Below, one piece after another: positions 10,579-20,000 of a stretch of DNA of 20,000 nucleotides. The stretch spans positions 61,005 to 81,004 of the forward strand of contig NOWV01000263.1 of NCBI GenBank assembly GCA_003344405.1, written 5' to 3'. A model generated the notes under the pieces. The model had not been told where the DNA came from, made no database searches, and saw only the letters and a list, made by a program, of their open reading frames with translations. Made by a program: the position numbers and the translations under genes. Each line of letters starts with the position of its first letter. Within the stretch, counting starts at the first letter, position 1. This DNA is from Trichoplax sp. H2 (lineage: Eukaryota).

Positions 10579-13500
10579 ATGGCAATGGTGCGCTCATGGC
10601 TGTTATTAGCAGCATTGATTCAAATCATTTTTGCATCCAAAGCTATCGTCGAATTGGACGATGATAATTACCATAATTTCGTGATTGGCAATAAGCTTGC
10701 TTTAGTGTATTTATGTAAGTTGTAACCATATTTAATCGACCTCTAGGATAGCTGGCCTTGGCCAATGCAATACTTTTAGCTTGTACAATGTATTCTTTAT
10801 CGCTTTCGACATGGATTTCATTCTTGCCAAATTCACGATAGACCGAGTATGGATGGTATATTAGAGTAGTGTACCATTTTCATCATACAGTTGAATGACA
10901 ACGTCGATCTGATCATCATTTTATCGTTTTGTTATATGCAAGTTATGCCATTGGCATGATTCAATCAACAATGGCCTTTACCCTTTTTCGTAGTATGACT
11001 TATTGCTTGTAGAATGAATCTATTCTTCAGTGCTATTACGATGGATTACATCATGATCGGATGGACTGCATAGGAGTATCGATGGTTACACTGTAGTAGT
11101 GGGACATTTCTTTCATCCATAGTCTTATAGCAACATCGATCATGACATGATAATACTGGAGATAGGACGATGACTGCAATTCAATCCTATTTATCTTCAT
11201 AAACATGCTAGAGCTTACTGTACGACCCCATACCCTATTTCTGCCTACCTGCAAAATGTCTAGAAATAGCTTGAAAATAATTCTATACAACTAGTCCAGC
11301 TGTACATTCTATTTCTTGACTCCCAACCAAAGTACATAATCAATTGGATATCGTTACAGTATTGTAATTCCAACCATATTCATATCATTATTTTAGTAGT
11401 TTTTTTTTTATTGATGTACTATAATTCACTTTTAAAACCGGCGAATGGAAAGTACCAAGAAACGACTGTATCAGCAGTATACATAAATTAACATACTATG
11501 ATGCCAACATTATCATCATCCGAATAAAAAAATCGGTTACTTTACGTTATGAACTACTGTCGATACCATCGTCAATGGAGATTTTACATTTACTTTACTG
11601 TACACAATCACAATTCAATATAGATTGGAATATTCAATGAAAGAGAATGTAGCTTAGATATCCCTTTTATCATCATCATGACATTAAGACCGTAATGAAA
11701 TTCTTTAAACTCCCCAAAAATATTCAATTTTATTTTATTATAGTGAATAAAATGGAACCCAGATGGCCGTGTATTAATTAATTATGTATATTTTCAATGA
11801 TTTGATCGCTAAATCATGCATACTACACTATACAATCTCAATCTTCACTTTGACAAAAATCAATACCATGACAAACATGAGATAGGATATTAAAGGATAA
11901 TACTCGTACAATATCATCAACTATCCTACTCGTACTGTACATTCTTGGCTTTAATTTCTTACTTTTTATTATTTCTTAAAAATCAATGACGGTCTATAGA
12001 TTTAATCGTACTACGTATAATAATTTTTTACATCATAAGCTATTATTCTAAGCACAAAATTACCTGAATAGTTAATTGATACCGTTAATATTAGATTCTC
12101 AATCATACTGTACATTACCGACTATCTGTTGTTAAGGGGCTAACCAACGTCAAATTTGGTGTAATTACATTTCTAACTCAACTAGCACAGCCCAAATTTG
12201 ACTACAGAATTAATCAAAGTTAGCTATCGCAAACAGTGATCCGAAAATGTCAACAGCGATAAAGACAAGGTTGTTCTCACAGTATTATGCATACTATAAT
12301 AATGACTATTACTTCCCCATTATACGTGCAAAGTCGTTGAATTTTCCCTAATGAAGAATCGCGATTTATTGATATTTACTGTACAAGTGTACATCAAACT
12401 AACATTTTGACTTAGGAATGCTCTTTAACATGCAATCATCAGCAAGGTAGTTTTAAAACGCTTTGTTTACCTAAACAGTTGATGAAATCGTCACATATTG
12501 TAAGTTTACTTTCACTTTATTTTGTTCATATCTATAAAAAAAATGGCTTGATATGCTACGATACCGTCATCGACCGATCTCCATTTCAACATGTTTATAG
12601 CTTATAAATTGGATTGCAATATTACAATATCTATTTTGCAAGCTCTATAGTCAACCACTATACGTATTTATTCATTATTAGCATTTTAATTCTACTCTTA
12701 AGTAATGGATAGAACAACGCACCAGTTCCCATCATTATAGGTTACATAATTTATTACAATAGGCATTTTCTCATGGCTTAAGAAATTGATACTATTATTC
12801 TGAATTTACCGTATATCTTTATCTTCGTAAAATATCGAAGCTATCAGAATGGTAGTAATTTGTTCAGTTTTTGTAAACTAACTACGATGGTGATGAAGGC
12901 CTTAAAGATAAAGATCCTCTATTATATACGTTGCAGTTATCGATGCTCGGCTCCATTTTACAAGAACTGCAATGTATGAATTCGATCATTGCCTCATACA
13001 GTATTATTTAAACTGTGACAAGTGCACAGTAGTGATGAAATGGATGGTAAAGCTGGAGAAAATTTTCAGTTGATTTTTTATCTTTTCAGCAATTAAGTTA
13101 GTACCTTAATTTTTTATCCAAGTGCTGGATTCGGTAATGATGCTAAAACGCGAATCCTTTTTGCTGCAGCTATTCCATTACCTACTTCATTCCTTACGTT
13201 ATCGCTATAATGTTTATATTAGACAAACGTATGTCAGGATATGTCCATTACAACACAAAATATATCAGTTTAAGGCACCTTTTTGTAATCTCCAATCTCA
13301 ATAGTATTAATTATCATGCGATATGTACTCGCTGTCAGGATATTCAACCTAAGAATTAGCAAAGATTACTGACCAGTAGCCCTGCTCAGATAATTAATTC
13401 TAATCTGATGCTAAATACGTAGAATTGTATACCACCTTATTGTTATGTAAACAAAAAAATCAACGCATTGATAAAAGTAATATGGACTTGTAACTTTTCA

Positions 13501-15591
13501 CTATCCGCAGCCTTATTCTCGTCTAAATTAATAGTATAATCATTAATGATAGATGATACATGCTGTATACGCATCATCTGAAAATATGTTGTATCACTGT
13601 TTTTATCTTTGTTATAAAAAGGATAATGAAGACGCTGCTGCCTACAAAGTACCTTGTATGTCCGCACTATGTTTAGAAATATTTTTAACTTTCATTTATT
13701 CATACCCTATACATAGTTGACTGGGAATGCAGAAACTGCCAAGAGTTTAATCCATTGTATAATGAATTAGCCAAGGAGCTAAGTAGCACCGATAGCCAAG
13801 TAAAATTGGGAAAATTGGACGCGACTAAATATCGCCATTTGGCTGAGAAACATAACGTGGGAAGATTGCCAGCATTACTGTACTTTCGTAAGAGAGTACC
13901 ACTATTATATACAGGTTAATTAGTTAAACAAATCAGTCAATGTTCTGCATTTGCTAAGCGGTAGATATTCTCAGTTGTAGGTTGATAGCAATAGAGCAGC
14001 AAAATCATGATCTTTGTATCCGTATTACATTATGATTTTTACTAAACAATAACATACTTTAATAGGTAATTTAGCCGTAGATTCTATATCGATTTGGCTT
14101 GACGAAAATCGCAAAAGCTTCGTTCGTAGGCTTGATGAAGACAATTTCGAACACCTGACTCAGGCATCAACAGGGGCTACCACAGGAGACTGGTTAATAC
14201 AATTGTAAGTGGACGCATTCTCTGATAAAACGTTAACTCAATTTTAATAGGCAATATAATATTAACGTCATAAATTCACTGCGTATAGACTTTCAATGAA
14301 TTAATAAAAGCAATTGCAATGATAAAGTTTAAAATTAATTTTGAAGTTACATTGAATTAGAATTTGATAAATTGATTTAGATATCAATTTTGCTGATAAA
14401 AATTCTTGGTTTTTAGTTAAACAGTAGAGTAAAATAAAATGAATTTGTTTAGCATGCGGTATAAAATTATAGCATAATAGTTGCAGATAGTTAACAAATG
14501 CTGAGATTAGGCTATAAAGTAGCTCACTACTTCTTTGCTATGACTAGTGACTACGTCATATTGAAGGCAAAAGGCTTGTCTTTAGTGTTGTACTAGAGTG
14601 AAAACAAATCTGTAGTGAATGCAACGTAAAATTTTATTATAACAGCTGCAAACACAGTTAGTAAATACTGCAACTTAATTCACCAGTAGCTCACTATTTC
14701 TTTACTACTATAGTTTTGTCGTAAAAGGTTATTCCCACAACGGCTAGATTATACGTTGTACTGTATGTTTGACTGTCATTGTTATTAGGCACCGCTAGTA
14801 ACTATATATCAGCGAATTAGTGTTGATTTAAAATTTGTTTTGAAAAAGTGCTGGCGATGGATAATGCGTAATACTATAGGATACAAACCTTTCGTTAACT
14901 TTTCTGATAATTATCCGTTTGCTTATTGATCACGTCTGATATTTTAAAACATGACAGCTAAGCCTTTCACATTATCTATTAATAGTGAGCTAGTAACTAA
15001 TTCAGGTAGTAATGATCAATTGTTTATATCTTAGCGCCAGTCCTGGATGTGAAGCATGTAAGCTTGTTCGTGCTAATTGGGAAGCGGTTGCTAGTCATTT
15101 ACGGCGAAAGATGAATATAGCAACGGTGGATCTATCGGTTAATCAAGGTATTTTATTCATCGAGAAAAATGTTTGCTTGCGTCAAATGATTTATTATGAT
15201 TTCACCATTTTCGATAGGTCTAGCTAGACGTTTTAAAATTCATCAAACTCCAACCGTTATACTATTCCGTCATGGTAGTCGATATACTTACAAGACTCAT
15301 AATAACGATTATACATTTTACCCAATAGTAGCTTTCGCTACTGAAGATTACAGAAAGGTCAAAGCTGTCACTGTTGAGGGCAAGAAAGGATTCTTTTCTG
15401 AACTATGGGGGTCACTCTCTTTTAATTTTAACATTTTTACGGTATTATACATCTGTTTCGCATTGATTGCAATAGTAATAGTAGTAGCATGTGTATGTGC
15501 GTGCAAATTAGCAGCAGAAGACAATATCGATGAAGCCAATGACGAAGAAAGTGAAGATGAATCAGATACTGAAGATAAGAAAGAAAAGTAA
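10579..15591 (+). CDS. ER type-I membrane thioredoxin domain-containing protein (TMX/PDI-like, two CxxC domains), 5 exons, 319 aa
   Basis: Exons 10579-10714, 13717-13914, 14066-14204, 15035-15147, 15218-15591 (960 nt). Signal peptide MAMVRSWLLLAALIQIIFAS; Trx domain 1 VELDDDNY...VYLFDWECRNC...VKLGKLDATKYRHLAEKHNVGRLPALLYFR; Trx domain 2 LDEDNFEHLTQASTGATTGDWLIQFASPGCEAC...LARRFKIHQTPTVILFR; TM helix, acidic tail and C-terminal KKEK. Confidence 0.92.
14410..14725. repeat. Old ~167-bp tandem duplication in intron 3 of the thioredoxin-domain gene
   Basis: AGTAGCTCACTA(C/T)TTCTTT at ~14518 and ~14685, with collinear upstream similarity (TAGAGT.AAA, TAAAATT, AGTTA..AAAT.CTG). Confidence 0.7.
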
Positions 15592-16405
15592 AACGATATT
15601 AAGTTTATCCCAAATTTTTATTGACAGTTCCTAAATGTTTTATGTACGACCGGCTATACCCAGTCAGCAAACGGAACCTTACTTAACTGTATAGCACGAT
15701 ACCTATCAATCCAGCCACCTATCACATTTTCTTTCCATTTCAATTAAAGTTTCACAATTAATATTATATAATTAATCGACGAAATACCTACTATAAGATC
15801 GGACGTCACATCATCGTGTCAACAATGTCACATTATAGGATGTAGGTTCAGATCTCTTTCCGTTCAGTTATTATTATAAACTGTTATTTATTCGTACTTT
15901 GTATGATTGTGCGTTGAAATCACGTCCACCAATAAAAGACTTATTTACCTCACGAGTATTAATAAGGTTTTAATAAAATTTATGATGAGATTGATTGTAG
16001 CAAGTAAACAATTATTAGAATCGACTAGCATCATCAAACTTTAACTGAAGTACTAATTAATTAATAAAATGAAAGAATATCTTAGAAGGAATGCTCTACA
16101 GTAGTGCAAATCTGCACAATTACAAAAACATTTTTAAGAGAAACAGTTTTCATAAAGCTCGAGTAATAAGGCTTATATTATAAATCAGATATTGTTACAG
16201 TGATAGTATAGTAGTAGGTAGTCACTAATACCAATAATAAAAAGCTACGATCGGATATTATAGTTATCGTTATAGGAATAACAATTGACTGTGAGCGCAT
16301 TGACTTTCATCAAATAATCGCACAGCGTACAGTCCAGTGCAGGTCATGACACAAGTTTGATAGGTTGCAAAAAAGGTTAAGAACGCAAGCAACGCCAACA
16401 GTGCA

Positions 16406-17980
16406 TTACTTAGAGCCAGTAGAACCAAAACCACCAGCACCTCGATCTGTTTCGTCTAGATCCTAACCCAAGTAAGATAGTTGAAGATAACAATTCAAAA
16501 TTAATTATCATGGAGTACAACTGATCACCATTCCGATCACACCTTCAATATATCATAACAATGAATAACTGCTCATTTAAACATTATTACCACATTGTAC
16601 ACCACTATCACGACCGTTGTCTATTTGATATTAAGAAAAATAAGACTACAGCATTGTATTATCATCAATATCATATAAATACACTAGCCAATGCCAATCC
16701 CAGGACTGACCAATATCGGGTATTGATCAAAGCTCTTATACATTTCATTGCGTACCTCACACTCTTCCAGAGGGGCAATAAGTATTCTTTCTAATATTAA
16801 TTGAGCGATTCGTTCACCCTTGCTCACTAAACCAAAAACAATCATGAAATATGCAACTACATTAGTGAAAGGTTACAATAACATCCCATATACCCGCAGC
16901 TAAAGCGATAAGAAAACAAACCTGAAAATTCTTCTTTTCCATGATTAAATAACACAACTCCGACATTGCCCCTATAATCCTGGTCAATGACACCAGCTAA
17001 AATAAAATTATCTTCTATTAGTCCACTAATACAGACAAATGTTGCAGGCAATCGCAGGTTGTAATCACAATGTTAAAAGTCGGTCGTCATTTATTAATCT
17101 GTACTGCAGTATACTGTACATCGTACAGTTACTTGGCAGGGTTACCGACATAACATGGAAATAACGTAGTCTACTTGACTCAATCCAAGCTGTATTCTTA
17201 CCGCCAACATCAATATGCTTCTTGACGGCGAGTCCGGAACGTGGTGCTAAACAATCAACCGATTAGAATGAATAACAGCTCCATTATTAAGGATTACTAC
17301 TTAAGCATAACTACTACAACAATACTCAATCCTAGAGGTACTGTATTTTCATTTACAAAGGTGAAATCATCATTATTAACCCGATAGCGTCTTCGAACAT
17401 AAGTAGTCAAATGTTAGCAATATTCCTAAGCTGTCATCTAGCTCGTAGTTTGATTGCTAGCGATTCAACTAGCCAACATGCGTACATACCTACTCTTCCA
17501 TAACAGCCAGCAGGTACAGCAATTGCGATATCGGTCTTAATGACAGCCTTCCCATGAGGTGGAATTACGCTTTGCTCAGCACTGATGACGGAAAAAAAGG
17601 ACAAATATGACTACATCCCCTATCTAATCTTGTTGCAAATGCTTCTGTGTTTATATACTTGTAGCAACAACACTAGAGTAACATTGTCAATGAAGTGAAT
17701 ATTTGATACATGAAGTTCGACTAAAATAGCAAGTGAAGTGGATTTCATCGACGATCTTTTCAATCCTTGTACGTTCTATCAATGATCATTTTGAACACCA
17801 GCTCAATCAAATGCAACTACATCAGATCAAATGTCTTGCAGCGAACCTGTAAAGATCATAACCCGCCGCTTGAGCGGAGCCACGCTTCGGTGCAGTAGCA
17901 TTCTCCGATAACTTTTTAAACCTTAAGGTAATTTCAGGCTGACTGGTTCCGTTCGAGTGGTTATCTAATTTTTCAGACAT
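16406..17980 (-). CDS. DUT: dUTP pyrophosphatase (trimeric dUTPase), 6 exons, 157 aa
   Basis: Exons 17980-17847, 17581-17490, 17246-17202, 16996-16922, 16826-16756, 16462-16406 (474 nt). All five motifs are present: [36 protein letters not shown]. An in-frame upstream ATG exists at 18016. Confidence 0.97.
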
Positions 17981-19630
17981 GATTAATTTTTTTTGATCTC
18001 TTTCTACAACATACATGATTAAGTACGGTATAGCACAACCGAAGATGACAAAATCACTTTACTATCCGACTGATCTAACGTAAGTTAAAGCTTTGATGGA
18101 CAACTTTTATTAATTAAGGCAACACGATGATCGTCGATTGGACAAGATTGGGGACCTTGATTGTTATTGCAGCTTGGCGCCAAATGCGAGCATATGCATA
18201 AATTATAATTTATATTTGCATATGCACTGTACTCATGATGCTGGGGCCTCCTTTTCAATCCTATTGGACAATAATGATTTGCAGTACTGTACAGTATGAG
18301 ACGGTGTACTATTTCAGTCTTTCGGCGGAGTAAAATGACCAATTCAAGTAACCGGCCTGCAAAATTGGACCGCTCGTTTTCTATGCTTCCCTCTTCTTTC
18401 ATCGGCTTGTACAGTAGTCGTCGTCCCCTACTTCGGTCTTTGGATCTCTGCCGATGTGGCGATGTACACAAGAAATCGCCGTCATTTCAATGACTGTAAT
18501 GACTGTACTATGATTTTGATATCATTGCAAAGTGTAAAGGAAGCAATAATAAAAGACGAGCATCATTGCAAAATAAAGCTTTTGATATATTGGAGAGGCT
18601 TATTGCCCTTATTACTACAGTACTGTATTTTTACTTTAGTTTTACAACAGATGACTTAACGACTTTGTATTCAGTCTAAAGAATCCCAAAGTTTTTCACT
18701 GCAATACACTCTGCTCAGTAGCAATGAGGTGTCCATCTGTATACAGTAAAGTACAGTATTGGCGACCATCTACTCCTCTAATGCGCTTGACTTCAATACG
18801 ATCGGAGAAGCAATTTAAAAGGTTAATTATACAGTATGTACAACTAGGTGTGCGGGTTTGGCAAAGTTTGAAATCAATCGTAAATACTGTACTGTCATCT
18901 TGGGGTTGTTAGCAATCTATAGGGCAGTCCTAAAGCTAGTTAAAGAGGACGGCACGGCACCTATAGCTGCACGCTGTGCATTACTGTACTTACATGCCAT
19001 CTGAAGGATCGTAAAATAGCGTGGTGCAGCAGGTAAAGGTCGATTTCTGAAGAATGTCTTCATAAGTTGGTACCAAATTATCATTTCTCACTGGCAGCAA
19101 GCTACAGTATGTAGAGTACTTGGCAGGAATAGCTGGAACTTGTTGAAAAGCACAATATCAACGAGCAATATTACTACGGATTAGAATTGATATAAGATTG
19201 CGTCCATTGGACCTCAAAATGTACTTGTGCTCTATTCACCATACTGTAGAATTATGTACACCAGTAGATCTGTTCATTCACTCACTGAACTATAGCTGAC
19301 TTCGGCATTAGCAATTTCCTGTACCTCGGTCTGCTTCTCAATCAGATGCAGCGTTTCTGTCTAGCGAGTTAATTTTGATTCGATTGGATCTCGCCATCCC
19401 GCATCTACCCTACTCATCTATTCCCCCTACAATTTGGGCAGAAATAAATAAATAAAATAAAAATAGAAAATTAAAATTACTGGCTGAATTGATCTAATGA
19501 TTTAGACTACAGTATGCAGTGTATGGTACTGTAGCATGAAGTACTGTACTGTATACTACTCATGGGTCAGCGAGCTCGATTGCGCACACTCTTCAACGCT
19601 GTAAAGCAACCATCATCGATCTAATCCGCC

Positions 19631-19861
19631 ATGACAGTGAGTCTGCTAGCTGAATTGGAAATAATATTAAGCAAAAAGAATGGACTATTACACTTAGTTC
19701 CATCGTTAGATGTGTATGTTAATGTTTAGTGTGATATTTCCATGATTTTTTACCCTTGCAATTTTAGGGACCTCCGGAGAAAAAGAAAAGAGAGAGTATC
19801 GTTGATCTGCAAAAGCATATCGATAAGAAAGTTCGCGTTAAATTTCAAGGTGGCCGAGAAG
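19631..19861 (+). CDS. LSM7: U6 snRNA-associated Sm-like protein LSm7, first two exons (gene continues past window)
   Basis: Micro first coding exon GCC-ATG-ACA/GTGAGT (19631-19636). Exon 19768-19861 encodes GPPEKKKRESIVDLQKHIDKKVRVKFQGGRE, matching the LSm7 N-terminus. Confidence 0.93.
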
Positions 19862-20000
19862 GTGATTCTGCAAGTAGATGATGCTATTCCTTGATATCAG
19901 TAGACTTTGCAAAGTAGTTTATATACAATAATGGAATACTGCTAATGGTAAAAGCAGTTTACTATTGTTAGATTGTGTCAATTTTATAAACAGTATCATA

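Noticed and set aside
18085..18912. Overlapping short ORFs between DUT and LSM7
   Set aside because: No recognisable homology or consistent splice structure.
18994..19084. Minus-strand exon-like ORF MIIWYQLMKTFFRNRPLPAAPRYFTILQMA ending at GTAAGT, a candidate mitochondrial-targeting leader for DUT
   Set aside because: Splicing to the obvious acceptor at 18003 creates TAA at the junction, and I found no intermediate exon that rescues the frame. Unresolved without cDNA.
1105..19861. Functional cluster idea: PRPF3 and LSM7 (U4/U6 and U6atac factors) near a U12-intron gene; KTI12 near a thioredoxin-domain gene as in human KTI12/TXNDC12
   Set aside because: Housekeeping genes are dense in compact genomes, and the thioredoxin protein here is not the single-domain soluble TXNDC12. 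No evidence beyond proximity.
1..20000. CRISPR arrays, tRNA/rRNA genes, transposase or reverse-transcriptase ORFs
   Set aside because: None seen; repeats are degenerate eukaryotic tandem duplications without unique spacers.

Overview
AT-rich, gene-dense eukaryotic DNA with many short spliceosomal introns. It looks like an early-branching animal, possibly placozoan (Trichoplax-like); that is inference from composition and gene structure, not a lookup. I assembled four complete intron-containing genes by hand, each with a continuous spliced frame: KTI12 (+, 10 exons, 279 aa), PRPF3 (-, 21 exons, about 595 aa), an ER membrane protein with two thioredoxin domains (+, 5 exons, 319 aa) and dUTPase (-, 6 exons, 157 aa). 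The first two exons of LSM7 (+) lie at the right edge. Most ORFs in the supplied track are exon/intron read-throughs or antisense shadows. The best-supported unusual features are: (1) a textbook U12-type AT-AC intron in KTI12; (2) a GC-AG intron in PRPF3; (3) a duplicated decoy 3' splice site in KTI12; (4) a tandemly duplicated ~290-bp degenerate foldback (MITE- or hairpin-RNA-like) element among TACAGTA/TACTGTA palindromes in the PRPF3/thioredoxin divergent intergenic region; (5) a 3-kb intron with a weak H/ACA-like candidate and a possible dead CxxC exon. I found no convincing wholly new multi-gene system.
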